NCBI GenBank assembly: GCA_963981505.1
Contig: CAXCEI010000003.1
Location: 8,373-72,372, forward strand
Source of the DNA: an uncultured Methylococcales bacterium
Lineage (GTDB): Bacteria; Pseudomonadota; Gammaproteobacteria; Methylococcales; Methylomonadaceae
DNA: 64,000 nucleotides
Direction of reading: 5' to 3'
Part shown: piece after piece, positions 40,783 through 51,057 of the stretch
Layout of the letters: every line of letters starts with the position of its first letter
Numbering within the stretch: the stretch's first letter is position 1
The notes under the pieces: model-generated
Database searches by the model: none
What the model was told of the DNA's origin: nothing
Seen by the model: the letters and a program-made list of their open reading frames with translations, nothing else
Program-made: the position numbers and the translations under genes

Positions 40783-41979
40783 ATGAACGATAAACGTATG
40801 AAATCATCAGATTGGAGTGGCTATTCCTTCGAAACACAAGCGATAAGATCTGGGCATGAAAGAACACATGAAGATGAGCACAGTGTGCCTATTTTTACGA
40901 CGTCAAGTTACGTCTTTGCCAGTGCAGCAGAAGCTGCGGAACGCTTCTCCGGTAACCAGCCGGGCAATATTTATTCTCGTTTTACTAATCCAACGGTGGA
41001 TGTTTTTCAAGAGCGGTTAGCATTGCTGGAAGGCGGCGAACGGTGTTTGGCATTTTCATCGGGGATGGCCGCTATTATGGCGGTGGGCATGGGGTTGTTA
41101 AAGGCCGGTGATCACGTTGTTAGCTCTCGAAGTATTTTTGGCAATTCAGTTTTAATGTTCCAGAATTTTTTTGGGAAATTTGGTGTGGTCACTGACTTTG
41201 TTGACCTAACTGATTTATCGGCATGGGAACAAGCCATTAAACCGGAAACACAATTTTTATTTTTAGAAACGCCATCTAATCCGATGATGGAGATTGCAGA
41301 TATCAAGGCGTTAGCAGAATTAGCACATGCGCATGATATCTTATTGATTGTAGACAATGTTTTTTGTACGCCTGTTTTACAAAAGCCGCTTGAATTAGGT
41401 GCTGATATTGTGGTGCATTCAGCGACCAAGTATTTAGACGGTCAGGGACGTTGTGTCGGCGGCGCGGTGATTGCCAGTGATGAATTGATTGAAAAATCTA
41501 TTTATCCGTTTCTTAGAACCGGAGGGTCAACACTGAGTCCTTTTAATGCTTGGGTTTTTATATCAGGGCTGGAAACATTGGCACTTCGTATGAAAAGCCA
41601 TTGTGAAAATGCGCAAGCATTAGCGACGTGGCTGGAGGGGCAAGCGGCTGTGAAACGCGTGTTTTATCCTGGTTTGAAATCTCATCCACAGCATGAATTA
41701 GCGTTGCAGCAGCAGACAGGTTTTGGCGGCGTTGTCAGTTTTGAATTGCAAGCTGGACAAGCTAAGGCTTGGGAGTTAATTGATGCGACGCAGATGTTAT
41801 CAATTACCGCAAATTTGGGCGATGTTAAAACCACCATCACGCACCCGGCATCCACCACGCACAGTCGATTGACTCCCGAGGTGCGGGCAGAGGCTGGAAT
41901 TAGTGATGGTTTATTACGGATATCGGTCGGACTGGAAAACATAGCCGATATCAAGAAAGATCTGAGTCGGGGCTTGTAA
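40783..41979 (+). CDS. metZ: O-succinylhomoserine sulfhydrylase (Cys/Met-metabolism PLP enzyme)
   Basis: The PLP-Lys context is HSATKYLDGQG, and its position after purF is as in pseudomonads. I prefer the ATG at 40783 over the tracked TTG at 40774. Confidence 0.8.
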   Translation: MNDKRMKSSDWSGYSFETQAIRSGHERTHEDEHSVPIFTTSSYVFASAAEAAERFSGNQPGNIYSRFTNPTVDVFQERLALLEGGERCLAFSSGMAAIMAVGMGLLKAGDHVVSSRSIFGNSVLMFQNFFGKFGVVTDFVDLTDLSAWEQAIKPETQFLFLETPSNPMMEIADIKALAELAHAHDILLIVDNVFCTPVLQKPLELGADIVVHSATKYLDGQGRCVGGAVIASDELIEKSIYPFLRTGGSTLSPFNAWVFISGLETLALRMKSHCENAQALATWLEGQAAVKRVFYPGLKSHPQHELALQQQTGFGGVVSFELQAGQAKAWELIDATQMLSITANLGDVKTTITHPASTTHSRLTPEVRAEAGISDGLLRISVGLENIADIKKDLSRGL

Positions 41980-42005
41980 GAACGGTGAGGTAAAAAAGGC
42001 TTTTC

Positions 42006-42269
42006 TTAGGCCGGGCTCAGTAGTGTGTCGAGTTTATTGTTGATTTCAAGCGCATAGAGATCGTCAAAGCCGCCAATATGTTGCTGGCCAATAAATATTT
42101 GCGGCACGGTTCTTCTTTTAGTTTGAGTCATTATTTCATGACGTAATTCTGGCTGTTTATCAAGATTGACTTCATCAAAATGCGCGCCTTTTTGGGTGAG
42201 TAGGCGTTTGGCCATGGTGCAATAAGGACAGATTGTTGACGTATAGATCAGGACTTTGGGTTGCTTCAT
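42006..42269 (-). CDS. grxC: glutaredoxin 3
   Basis: 87 aa with the active site CPYC, TVPQIFI and GGFDDL motifs. Confidence 0.88.
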   Translation of the reverse strand: MKQPKVLIYTSTICPYCTMAKRLLTQKGAHFDEVNLDKQPELRHEIMTQTKRRTVPQIFIGQQHIGGFDDLYALEINNKLDTLLSPA

Positions 42270-42282
42270 GATTTTTATAGCA

Positions 42283-42939
42283 TTATGAATTGGGGCGTTT
42301 TTTTTCTATAACAGCTCTGGCGGCTGCAAGATATTTTATCAGATCAAGCCCTGCTTTTTCCAGTGTGGAACCAAATGAAACAATGCCATCTTGATGGCCT
42401 AGCATTGCAAAAGACCCGGTGTCACCTAATTGACCGGTGATAAAAAGTTGTTTAACGGCGAGGGCCATTTCAGGGGTGCCGTAGGGGATATTCGCAGCGG
42501 TATAAGGCAAATTAAGCGCATGTGTGGCATGCCATATTTCGGGACTATGGACATGGATAATGCCTTTTATGGTTGGTTTGACAGTATAAATCATGGCATG
42601 AGTCATTGCTTCTGAAGAAGGTTTACAAAGCCCGAGTGCTGTCAGAGTATTTTTTTGTATATTGGCTGTCAGGATGCCACAGTATTGTTCTGGGGACAAA
42701 GATTCTTCTAACCCGGTTTGTGTTCCTGAGATGATAAATTGTATCGTGGGGAGGGCGGTCACTTGACTGATATTACCAAATCCAAGGCCGCTGTAACGCT
42801 TGGGGTCTTGACCAATAATACCCAGTTGATAGGCAATCGTTCGCCAGACGTTGATCAGGGTAAATTCATCAGGCGTTAATGGTAACGGCTTTTGGGTCTG
42901 TGTGAGTTGGTATTTGATGACCCCTTCTTGATCATGCAT
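42283..42939 (-). CDS. class II aldolase/adducin-family protein
   Basis: 218 aa with GFGNIS (phosphate-binding-like) and IHVHSPE (metal His pair) motifs. It lies 13 nt upstream of grxC. Confidence 0.65.
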   Translation of the reverse strand: MHDQEGVIKYQLTQTQKPLPLTPDEFTLINVWRTIAYQLGIIGQDPKRYSGLGFGNISQVTALPTIQFIISGTQTGLEESLSPEQYCGILTANIQKNTLTALGLCKPSSEAMTHAMIYTVKPTIKGIIHVHSPEIWHATHALNLPYTAANIPYGTPEMALAVKQLFITGQLGDTGSFAMLGHQDGIVSFGSTLEKAGLDLIKYLAAARAVIEKKRPNS

Positions 42940-43037
42940 AGTATGAATAATGGCTTTAAAAAAGTTAATTAAGGCAAAGTACGATAAAATAACAATTGTA
43001 CGGTAATTTTTTTATTTAGGTGTGGGTGCTATAGTTT

Positions 43038-43487
43038 ATGAGATGTCCTTTTTGTTCTGCGCAAGATACCAAAGTCATTGATTCGCGCTTTGCAAACGAG
43101 GGAGATCAAGTGCGTCGGCGACGAGAATGTGCAACTTGTAAGGAGCGTTTTACGACTTATGAAGTTGCTGAATTAAATTTGCCGCGCTTGGTAAAGAGTA
43201 ACGGAACACGGGTCCCTTTTGATGAGGCAAAATTACGTTCCGGAATGTTAAAAGCATTGGAGAAACGTCCTGTTGATAGTGAGCGTATTGAACAAGCCGT
43301 TTCTAGAATTAAGAAAGAACTTATTTTAAAAGGTGAAAGAGAATTCCCAACTCGTGAAGTCGGGGAGTTAGTGATGCAAGCGTTAAGTAAGTTAGATCAT
43401 GTTGCATTTGTCCGATTTGCCTCCGTTTATCGGAGTTTTCAGGATGTTAATGAATTTACTAAGGTTATAGAAAACCTGAAAAAATAA
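43038..43487 (+). CDS. nrdR: transcriptional repressor NrdR
   Basis: 149 aa with the zinc ribbon MRCPFC...CATC and an ATP-cone domain. Confidence 0.95.
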   Translation: MRCPFCSAQDTKVIDSRFANEGDQVRRRRECATCKERFTTYEVAELNLPRLVKSNGTRVPFDEAKLRSGMLKALEKRPVDSERIEQAVSRIKKELILKGEREFPTREVGELVMQALSKLDHVAFVRFASVYRSFQDVNEFTKVIENLKK

Positions 43488-43488
43488 C

Positions 43489-44577
43489 ATGACTCTACAG
43501 ACTGATGAAGTATTTATGGCGCAAGCGTTAAAACTTGCGCGGAAAGGTGTTTACACGACAGATCCTAACCCTCGGGTCGGTTGTGTGATTGTTCGTGATC
43601 AACAGGTAATAGCGGAAGGGTGGCATCAATTTGCAGGCGGGCCGCATGCTGAAATTATGGCTTTGGAGCGCGCTGGAAATGTTACTGGGGCGACGGTTTA
43701 TGTCAGTCTTGAGCCCTGTTGTCATATCGGTTTAACAGCGCCCTGTAGTCAGGCGTTAATTCGGGCCGGCGTGCATCGTGTTGTTGTTGCGATGACCGAT
43801 CCTAACCCAAGAGTTGCAGGGCGTGGAATAGCGGAATTAGAGGCAGCCGGTATAAAAACGGACACCCATGTCTTAGCCGCCGAGGCTGAATATATTAACC
43901 GAGGTTTTATAGCTAGGATGCAGAACCGAAAGCCCTTCGTGGTGGCTAAACTGGCCGCTAGTCTAGATGGGCGCACGGCAATGGCTTCGGGTGAAAGTCA
44001 ATGGATTACATCGGCGCAATCACGCTTAGATGTTCATCGATTAAGAGCGGAGAGTTCAGCTGTTTTAACGGGAATAGCAACCGTTATTGCCGATGATCCT
44101 TTGTTAACAGCACGATTGCCGGGTGTTGAATTAAAGCAACCGGTGCGGGTGGTATTGGATTCGACCTTAAAAATGCCGATAACAGCCGCTTTATTAACAG
44201 AACGATCTGAAATCTGGATTTTTACGGTTTCTGAGGATGCGAGTCGAAAAAATCGTTTGGAAGCATTGGGGGCCAAGGTGTTTACGCTGCCGGCAACGGA
44301 GCAAGGACGTGTTGATATCAAGGCCGCATTAGCGTTGTTAGCCGAGCGTCAAATTAATCAACTCTTGGTGGAAGCAGGGCCGATTTTAAATGGTGCTTTT
44401 TTAGAACAGGACTTGGTCGACGAGTGGTGTGTTTATCTCGCCCCAAGTATTTTGGGAGATGAAGGGCGAGGTTTATTTCACTTGCCTGGATTAAAAGCAA
44501 TGAAAGATAAAGTGACACTGTCATTACAAACGATAGGGCAGATAGGTCCTGATATTAAATTAACATATAGCAAATAA
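43489..44577 (+). CDS. ribD: bifunctional diaminohydroxyphosphoribosylaminopyrimidine deaminase / 5-amino-6-(5-phosphoribosylamino)uracil reductase
   Basis: 362 aa with the deaminase zinc motif HAEI...LEPCCH and a reductase domain. Confidence 0.92.
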   Translation: MTLQTDEVFMAQALKLARKGVYTTDPNPRVGCVIVRDQQVIAEGWHQFAGGPHAEIMALERAGNVTGATVYVSLEPCCHIGLTAPCSQALIRAGVHRVVVAMTDPNPRVAGRGIAELEAAGIKTDTHVLAAEAEYINRGFIARMQNRKPFVVAKLAASLDGRTAMASGESQWITSAQSRLDVHRLRAESSAVLTGIATVIADDPLLTARLPGVELKQPVRVVLDSTLKMPITAALLTERSEIWIFTVSEDASRKNRLEALGAKVFTLPATEQGRVDIKAALALLAERQINQLLVEAGPILNGAFLEQDLVDEWCVYLAPSILGDEGRGLFHLPGLKAMKDKVTLSLQTIGQIGPDIKLTYSK

Positions 44578-44580
44578 AAA

Positions 44581-45237
44581 ATGTTTACAGGTATTATTTT
44601 AGCCATAGGTAAGGTCGAGCGTTTAGAAGCGCTGGGGGGAGATTATCAACTGACGTTTAACACGGGTCAATTATCGCTTGATGATGTTAATATAGGTGAC
44701 AGTATTGCTGTTAATGGGGTTTGTTTAACAGCCGTTGAGTTAACGGCGAATTCGTTTAGTGCGGATGTTTCTAGAGAAACGTTGTCACGGACTACTTTGG
44801 GTCAGGCTAAGCCGGGCACTTCGGTTAATTTGGAATTGGCCTTAGCGCCTACAACGCGCTTAGGCGGGCATTTTGTCAGTGGCCATGTTGATGGTCTTGG
44901 GACTGTTTTACGAAAAGAGCAAGAGGGGCGCTCTTTCCGGTTTGATTTTAAAGTACCTCAAACACTGGGGCGTTATATCGCAGAAAAAGGCTCCATTTGT
45001 ATTGATGGGATTAGTTTGACGGTTAATCAGGTAGCGGGCGAAATTTTTTCAGTCAATATTGTTCCGCACACGTTGTCGGTGACAACATTAGGTGCCATAA
45101 CTATTGGGGATACCGTTAATATTGAGGTGGATGTGTTGGCGCGCTATCTAGAGCGACTTATTCAGGGAGAGCAGAGCGTAAGCGATGATTCAAAAATTAC
45201 TGCATTATTAAATAATGCAGGGTTTATTAAAGGATAG
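44581..45237 (+). CDS. ribE: riboflavin synthase (alpha chain)
   Basis: 218 aa. It begins MFTGII and shows the internal two-barrel repeat (GDSIAVNGVCLT / GSICIDGISLT). Confidence 0.92.
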   Translation: MFTGIILAIGKVERLEALGGDYQLTFNTGQLSLDDVNIGDSIAVNGVCLTAVELTANSFSADVSRETLSRTTLGQAKPGTSVNLELALAPTTRLGGHFVSGHVDGLGTVLRKEQEGRSFRFDFKVPQTLGRYIAEKGSICIDGISLTVNQVAGEIFSVNIVPHTLSVTTLGAITIGDTVNIEVDVLARYLERLIQGEQSVSDDSKITALLNNAGFIKG

Positions 45238-45239
45238 CT

Positions 45240-46346
45240 ATGAATTCTATAGACGATATAATTGAGGATTTGAAAAACGGTAAAATGGTTGTCATTCTGG
45301 ATGACGAAGACCGTGAAAATGAGGGTGATTTATTGATTGCAGCCTCTAAAGTTCGTGCGGAGGATATCAATTTCATGGCGCGCTATGGGCGTGGCTTGAT
45401 TTGTTTAACCATGACCCGGGAGCGGTGTCATCAATTACGCTTGCCGTTAATGGTGAACGAGAATAAAACAGCGCACTCAACTAATTTCACCGTTTCTATT
45501 GAGGCGGCAACAGGTGTGACCACGGGGATTTCCGCGGCTGACAGGGCGCATACGGTTCGTACAGCGGTGGCTAAGAATGTTCAACCCGATGATTTAGTGC
45601 AGCCTGGACATATCTTTCCCTTGATGGCGCAATCGGGGGGCGTGTTAAAAAGAGCGGGCCATACCGAAGCAGGGTGTGATTTAGCACAGTTAGCCGGTCT
45701 CGAACCTTCTTCGGTTATTGTTGAAATTCTTAATGAAGATGGCTCAATGGCGAGAAAGCCTGATTTGGAATTGTTTGCACGTGAACACGACTTAAAAATA
45801 GGGACTATTGCTGATTTAATTCACTATCGTATTCAAAACGAGCATACGTTGGAGCGGATTAGTGAGTGTCAGTTTCCAACTGAATTTGGTGATTTTAGGC
45901 TCTATGCTTATCAAGACAGTCACGATAATAAATTGCATTTGGCTTTAGTTTTGGGTGATGTTTCCGGAGATGATCCCGTTCTGGTGCGTGTTCATGGGCG
46001 TAATGTTTTGAATGATGTCTTCGCGGGTAAACGTGGCGGTTCTAGTATAACTATTAGAGATGCAATGGTGAAAATTGCCAAAGAAGGCTGTGGTGTATTG
46101 GTGATTGTTCGTCAAGAAGAAGATAATAAGTCGTTAGTGGAACTTGTTCATCAATATAATATGGAAGATCACGGGGTGGTTTTGAATGTTGCTGCAAATG
46201 ACCAATCTGATGATTGGCGAAATACTGGGACCGGCGCGCAAATTTTAGCAGATCTGGGTGTGCACAAACTGAAGGTTTTAGGCGGCCAGAAAAAATATTT
46301 GGGGCTGTCTGGTTTTGATTTAGAAGTGATTGAATTTATAAATTAA
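45240..46346 (+). CDS. ribB: 3,4-dihydroxy-2-butanone-4-phosphate synthase fused to a GTP-cyclohydrolase-II-like domain lacking the zinc cysteines (RibBX-type)
   Basis: 368 aa. The N-terminal DHBP synthase looks intact ([16 protein letters not shown]). The C-terminal half aligns with RibA, but where E. coli has VHSECLTGDALFSLRCDCG this protein has [19 protein letters not shown]. Confidence 0.85.
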   Translation: MNSIDDIIEDLKNGKMVVILDDEDRENEGDLLIAASKVRAEDINFMARYGRGLICLTMTRERCHQLRLPLMVNENKTAHSTNFTVSIEAATGVTTGISAADRAHTVRTAVAKNVQPDDLVQPGHIFPLMAQSGGVLKRAGHTEAGCDLAQLAGLEPSSVIVEILNEDGSMARKPDLELFAREHDLKIGTIADLIHYRIQNEHTLERISECQFPTEFGDFRLYAYQDSHDNKLHLALVLGDVSGDDPVLVRVHGRNVLNDVFAGKRGGSSITIRDAMVKIAKEGCGVLVIVRQEEDNKSLVELVHQYNMEDHGVVLNVAANDQSDDWRNTGTGAQILADLGVHKLKVLGGQKKYLGLSGFDLEVIEFIN

Positions 46347-46362
46347 TTTTTTAGAGAAGGTT

Positions 46363-46842
46363 ATGGCAACAATTAAAACGTATGAAGGCGATTTAGTGAT
46401 TCGAGACGCTAAGGTATGCTTGGTGGTTTCTAGATTTAATAGTTTTATTGTGGAACAACTGGAATCCGGTGCTATTGATGCGTTGGTCAGGCACGGCGCT
46501 GACCGTGATGATATTACCGTGGTTCGGGTGCCCGGTGCTTTTGAGCTGCCTTTGGCTGTCCAAAAGGTCGCCGAAATGCAACAATTTGATGCCATTATCG
46601 CACTAGGTGCGGTGATTCGTGGTGGGACACCACATTTTGAATATGTAGCAGGGGAGTGCGTTAAAGGGATTTCGATGGTTTCTTTGCAACACAAGGTTCC
46701 CGTCAGTTTTGGTGTTTTAACCGTTGATACTATTGAGCAAGCTATTGAGCGTGCAGGGACTAAAGCGGGGAATAAGGGTGCTGAAGCCGCATTATCAGTG
46801 ATTGAAATGATTAGTTTATTTAAATCTTTAGAGAAAGTATGA
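46363..46842 (+). CDS. ribH: 6,7-dimethyl-8-ribityllumazine synthase
   Basis: 159 aa with [10 protein letters not shown] and GTPHFEYV motifs. Confidence 0.95.
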   Translation: MATIKTYEGDLVIRDAKVCLVVSRFNSFIVEQLESGAIDALVRHGADRDDITVVRVPGAFELPLAVQKVAEMQQFDAIIALGAVIRGGTPHFEYVAGECVKGISMVSLQHKVPVSFGVLTVDTIEQAIERAGTKAGNKGAEAALSVIEMISLFKSLEKV

Positions 46843-47270
46843 GTCAAGCAAGAACTAATGCACGTAAAAATGTGGTCCAGGCCTTGTATCAATGGCAAAT
46901 GACGGGAGTTTCTGTTATTGAAATTGAGCGGCAATTTAGAGAAGCAGACCGGCTTAAAAATGTGCAGCGGAGCTATTTTTCTGAGTTGTTGCAGGGTGTT
47001 CCTAAGCAGCTGGCCGTAATTGATAAGGCGCTTGACGAGTTTGTTGATCGACCGGTAGCTAAAATAGATCCGGTGGAACGAGCCATTTTAAGGATGAGTA
47101 TTTTTGAATTGCTTAATCGCTTAGATATTCCATACCGTGTTATTTTAAATGAAGCGGTGTCTTTGTCGAAGTTATACGGCGCTGAGGACGGTTACAAGTA
47201 TATTAATGGTGTGTTGGATAAAATCGCACACCGTTATCGGTCGGCTGAAGTCACAAAGAGCAGAAGTTAG
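46839..47270 (+). CDS. nusB: transcription antitermination factor NusB
   Basis: 143 aa. It is NusB-like ([14 protein letters not shown]) and sits in the conserved position after ribH. Confidence 0.93.
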   Translation: MSQARTNARKNVVQALYQWQMTGVSVIEIERQFREADRLKNVQRSYFSELLQGVPKQLAVIDKALDEFVDRPVAKIDPVERAILRMSIFELLNRLDIPYRVILNEAVSLSKLYGAEDGYKYINGVLDKIAHRYRSAEVTKSRS

Positions 47271-47274
47271 TTGG

Positions 47275-48231
47275 GTGGAATTGTCTGAGTTTTCAATTAT
47301 TGAACGTTTCTTTACGTCTAAAAGTCATAAGCATTCGCAAGTTCAGTTAGGGGTAGGTGATGATTGTGCCGTATTGGGTATGGCAGAAGATTGCGAATGG
47401 GTGGTAACCGTAGATACCATGGTGGAAGGGGTTCATTTTTTTCCTAATACACAGCCGGAATTTTTAGCTCATAAATTGCTAGCCGTTAATTTAAGTGATT
47501 TATCAAGCATGGGAGCAAGGCCGGTTGCTATCACATTAGCATTAACATTGCCGGCGTTTGATGAAGATTGGTTGCAGCGTTTTTCTGACCGGTTATTTCA
47601 ATTAACGGATCGCTTTGAAGTGGACTTGATCGGCGGTGATACTACTTCGGGGCCCTTGACCTTAACGCTTCAGGCTTTGGGGCTGGTTCCCAAGGGGCGT
47701 GCATTATGCCGGCATCAGGCAAAGGTTGGGGATTTGATTTATTTGACTGGGTTCTTAGGCGATGCTGGGTTGGGTCTTAAAGTGGTGCAAGGCTATGACT
47801 TAGAAGATAGTCAGTCTGTTTTAAAGCGGTTTCATTGCCCTGACCCCAGAGTGGCTATTGGGTCAATTATTTTGCCTTATGCCAATGCGTGTATTGATAT
47901 ATCAGATGGCTTATTGTCGGATTTAGGTCATGTTTTAAAAAAAAGTAGGGTGGGTGCGAATTTATACTGGGAACAGTTGCCGTTATCATCTCAAGTCAGA
48001 AGCTATATTTATGAAACTAATGATTGGAAAATGCCACTTAATGGTGGCGATGATTATGAGTTATGTTTTACAGTGAGTCCTGAAAATCAACAGAGACTGG
48101 AAAGTTGCCTGTCTGAGCAGCCTGTTATGTGTAGTCAGATTGGTGTTGTTGAAGCGGGTGATGCCTTATTCTTAACGAAATCTGGGGTTAGAGAATCAGT
48201 TGTGGCAACGGGATTTCAGCATTTTGGGTGA
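47275..48231 (+). CDS. thiL: thiamine-monophosphate kinase
   Basis: VELSEFSIIERFF..GVGDDCAV matches the ThiL N-terminus. I prefer the in-frame GTG at 47275. The tracked start at 47149 would overlap nusB by about 120 nt. Confidence 0.85.
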   Translation: MELSEFSIIERFFTSKSHKHSQVQLGVGDDCAVLGMAEDCEWVVTVDTMVEGVHFFPNTQPEFLAHKLLAVNLSDLSSMGARPVAITLALTLPAFDEDWLQRFSDRLFQLTDRFEVDLIGGDTTSGPLTLTLQALGLVPKGRALCRHQAKVGDLIYLTGFLGDAGLGLKVVQGYDLEDSQSVLKRFHCPDPRVAIGSIILPYANACIDISDGLLSDLGHVLKKSRVGANLYWEQLPLSSQVRSYIYETNDWKMPLNGGDDYELCFTVSPENQQRLESCLSEQPVMCSQIGVVEAGDALFLTKSGVRESVVATGFQHFG

Positions 48232-48234
48232 AAT

Positions 48235-48732
48235 ATGAGGATTGGTAAGAATAAATTAACGGCTCAGCAAATTATGACAGATTGGCGGTTGTTTCTGGCT
48301 TTTGGTTTTGGTTCGGGCTTATGTCCTAAGGGACCCGGGACCGCGGGGACACTAGCGGCTATACCGGTTTATCTATTGTTGTTGGCGTTCGGTGAGCAGG
48401 TTTATTTGTTGGCGACACTAGTGATTTGTGTCAGTGGCGTGTGGATTTGTCAGTATGCTGCCGATAAGTTAGGTGTTCATGATTTTGGCGGAATTGTTTG
48501 GGATGAAATTGCCGGTTATTTGGTGACAATGTTATTTGTGCCTTTTTCTTGGGCAGCCGTTTTAATAGGTTTTTTACTCTTTCGGTTATTTGATATTTTT
48601 AAACCTTGGCCTATTTGCATTTTAGATCAGGAACTCGGGGGTGGATTAGGGATTATGTTAGATGACCTATTAGCCGGTCTCTTTTCATGGGCTATCTTGA
48701 TGGGCCTAGTTTGGTTAGGTTTTTTGCAATAA
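48235..48732 (+). CDS. pgpA: phosphatidylglycerophosphatase A
   Basis: 165 aa with FGFGSGLCPKGPGTAGTLAAIP and VWDEIAG motifs. Confidence 0.9.
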   Translation: MRIGKNKLTAQQIMTDWRLFLAFGFGSGLCPKGPGTAGTLAAIPVYLLLLAFGEQVYLLATLVICVSGVWICQYAADKLGVHDFGGIVWDEIAGYLVTMLFVPFSWAAVLIGFLLFRLFDIFKPWPICILDQELGGGLGIMLDDLLAGLFSWAILMGLVWLGFLQ

Positions 48733-48815
48733 TACGCGCAGGCTAACCGTTGTGGGTGGCGTGTTTTTAAGAACGCGGGCTGGTTCTTTAAATATGTTTT
48801 TAATCGGAATAAACC

Positions 48816-48844
48816 TTGCTAGAAAGGTCGTTGTAATGTATAGT
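48816..48844 (+). promoter_or_regulatory. candidate sigma70 promoter for tRNA-fMet / nusA operon (TTGCTA-17 nt-TATAGT)
   Basis: The hexamers were read directly. The -10 element ends 12 nt before the tRNA 5' end. Confidence 0.45.
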
Positions 48845-48856
48845 TATAAATTCAAT

Positions 48857-48933
<77 letters not shown>

Positions 48934-48935
48934 AG

Positions 48936-48962
48936 AAACCCCATTATGGGGTTTTTCTTTTT
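48936..48962 (+). terminator. hairpin plus T-run after tRNA-fMet (leaky terminator or processing site)
   Basis: The sequence is AAACCCCA-tta-TGGGGTTT followed by TTCTTTTT. A second weak GGGC/GCCC hairpin with a T7 run lies at 49009..49028. Confidence 0.6.
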
Positions 48963-49057
48963 GTGGCATGTTGTTAACGGGGCCGCGGGGAATAAAAGAA
49001 AAAATATTGGGCTTAGTGCCCTTTTTTTATGTGTGATGGTTTTTTTTAAATGAGAAT

Positions 49058-49519
49058 ATGAAGCAGGCACCAAAACATTTAATAGAGTTAATTGAGCCGA
49101 TTGTTGAGGGCATGGGGTATGAGTGTGTCGGGATTGAATTTAATCCACACCCTACAAACGGTCTGTTAAGAATTTATATTGATGCCGAGTCGGGTGTTGT
49201 TCTTGATGATTGTACGCGTGTAAGTCGTCAAGTCAGTGGCGTATTAGATGTTGAAGATCCAATTAAAACAGTTTATCAGTTAGAAGTGTCATCACCCGGT
49301 GCTGAGCGGCCTTTATTTGAGGTTGAGCATTTTCAGCGTTTTATAGGTCAGAAAGTACAGGTTAATTTGTTTGTTCCGATCGAAAAAAGAAGAAATGTTA
49401 TTGGTTTTATCACATCAGTTAATGATGCGGTGATCGTAATTGATGGGGAAGATCAACAGTTTGAGATTCCTTTTAAATCAATCAGTAAGGCTAATTTAGT
49501 CGCCGACTTTTCGATCTAA
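49058..49519 (+). CDS. rimP: ribosome maturation factor RimP
   Basis: 153 aa. It is RimP-like (YECVGIEF, LEVSSPGAERPL) and sits in the conserved position before nusA. Confidence 0.92.
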   Translation: MKQAPKHLIELIEPIVEGMGYECVGIEFNPHPTNGLLRIYIDAESGVVLDDCTRVSRQVSGVLDVEDPIKTVYQLEVSSPGAERPLFEVEHFQRFIGQKVQVNLFVPIEKRRNVIGFITSVNDAVIVIDGEDQQFEIPFKSISKANLVADFSI

Positions 49520-49536
49520 AAAGGGTGATACGTTAA

Positions 49537-51045
49537 ATGAGTAAAGAAATATTATTAGTAGTTGATGTTGTTTCTAATGAAAAAGATCTTGAAAAAGAAG
49601 AAATATTCGAGGCGTTAGAGTTAGCGTTAGAAGCAGCAACAGTTAAGAAAAATGGTGGCAATATTAAAGCACGCGTGGTGATTGATAGAGCTACCGGTGA
49701 TTATGAGACCTTTCGCAGTTGGGAGGTTGTTACTTTGGGTGATGAGGGCATTGCGCTGGAAAATCCAGAGGTTGAAATAACGTTGGACGAGGCGATTAAA
49801 GGGCAGCCTGATATTCAAGTGGGTGATCATGTTCTGGAACCTATCGACTCTGTTGTGTTTGGACGGATTGCCGCGCAAGCAGCAAAACAGGTCATCATTC
49901 AGAAGGTTCGGGAAGCTGAACGGCGTAAAATTGTTGAGGCCTATAAAGATCGAAAAGGAGAATTGATTACCGGTGTTGTCAAACGGTTGGAGCGTGGGGG
50001 CGTATTATTGGATTTGGGTGGTAATGTTGAAGCTCAGGTGAGCCGTGAAGATATGATTCCTAGAGAATCTTTTCGGATTGGTGACCGGGTGAGAGGGTAT
50101 TTGAAGGATGTCCGCTCTGAAACGCGTGGACCGCAACTCTTTATTAGTCGTTCAGCACCTGAATTAATTAAAGTCTTATTTCAATTAGAAGTTCCTGAAA
50201 TTGGTGACGGTGTTATTGAAATCGTAGAAGCTGCGCGAGACCCAGGTTCGAGAGCTAAAATAGCGGTTAGAAGCTTGGACCCTCGCTTAGACCCTATTGG
50301 GTCGTGTGTTGGCATGCGGGGATCACGGGTTCAGGCTGTTTCTAATGAATTAGCCGGTGAACGTGTTGATATAATTTTATGGGATGAAAATACGGCCCAG
50401 TTTGTCATTAACTCAATGTCACCTGCTGAAATTAGTTCAATTGTGGTTGATGAAGATTCACACAGTATGGAATTGGCCGTTGCAAATGATAATTTGTCTC
50501 AGGCAATTGGGCGAGGTGGACAGAATGTGCGCCTGGCTTCTGAGTTAACCGGTTGGGAGCTTAATGTTGTTGATGCTGCTGAGGCAGAGCAAGAAAGTCA
50601 GGCAGTAGCTGAGAGCACCAAACAATTATTTATTGCACAATTAGATGTTGACGAAGACATTGCTGAAATTCTTGTTGACGTTGGTTTTAATAGTGTTGAA
50701 GAAATAGCTTATGTGCCGATGAATGAAATGCTTGAAATAGAAGCGTTTGAGAAAGACCTCGTTGAAGAATTAAGAAATCGTGCCAAAGATGCTGTGCTTA
50801 TTAGTGCGATTGCTACAGAAGAGAAAATTGAGACCAGAGAGCCAGACGAAGATCTGTTGAATATGGATGGTATGGATAAAGAATTGGCTTATGATTTAGC
50901 CAAGAAGGATATAGTGACCATGAATGACTTAGCTGAATTATCTATTGATGATTTGTTGGTTTTTAATGGGATTGATGAGAAACGTGCTGGAGAGTTAATT
51001 ATGAAAGCGCGTGAACCGTGGTTTGTAGAGGACGCCGGCGAATAG
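49537..51045 (+). CDS. nusA: transcription termination/antitermination factor NusA
   Basis: 502 aa with S1 and KH domains (IGRGGQNVRLA) and C-terminal acidic repeats. Confidence 0.96.
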   Translation: MSKEILLVVDVVSNEKDLEKEEIFEALELALEAATVKKNGGNIKARVVIDRATGDYETFRSWEVVTLGDEGIALENPEVEITLDEAIKGQPDIQVGDHVLEPIDSVVFGRIAAQAAKQVIIQKVREAERRKIVEAYKDRKGELITGVVKRLERGGVLLDLGGNVEAQVSREDMIPRESFRIGDRVRGYLKDVRSETRGPQLFISRSAPELIKVLFQLEVPEIGDGVIEIVEAARDPGSRAKIAVRSLDPRLDPIGSCVGMRGSRVQAVSNELAGERVDIILWDENTAQFVINSMSPAEISSIVVDEDSHSMELAVANDNLSQAIGRGGQNVRLASELTGWELNVVDAAEAEQESQAVAESTKQLFIAQLDVDEDIAEILVDVGFNSVEEIAYVPMNEMLEIEAFEKDLVEELRNRAKDAVLISAIATEEKIETREPDEDLLNMDGMDKELAYDLAKKDIVTMNDLAELSIDDLLVFNGIDEKRAGELIMKAREPWFVEDAGE

Positions 51046-51057
51046 GAGCTTGGGAAT

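Noticed and set aside
46320-46934. 204-aa minus-strand ORF covering ribH and the start of nusB
   Set aside because: It is antisense to two well-supported, tightly packed genes of the rib-nusB operon, and I recognise no family. It is a shadow ORF.
47149-47274. Upstream extension of thiL proposed by the ORF track (start at 47149)
   Set aside because: It would overlap nusB by about 120 nt. The ThiL-like sequence begins only at VELSEFSIIERFF, so the in-frame GTG at 47275 is the more plausible start.
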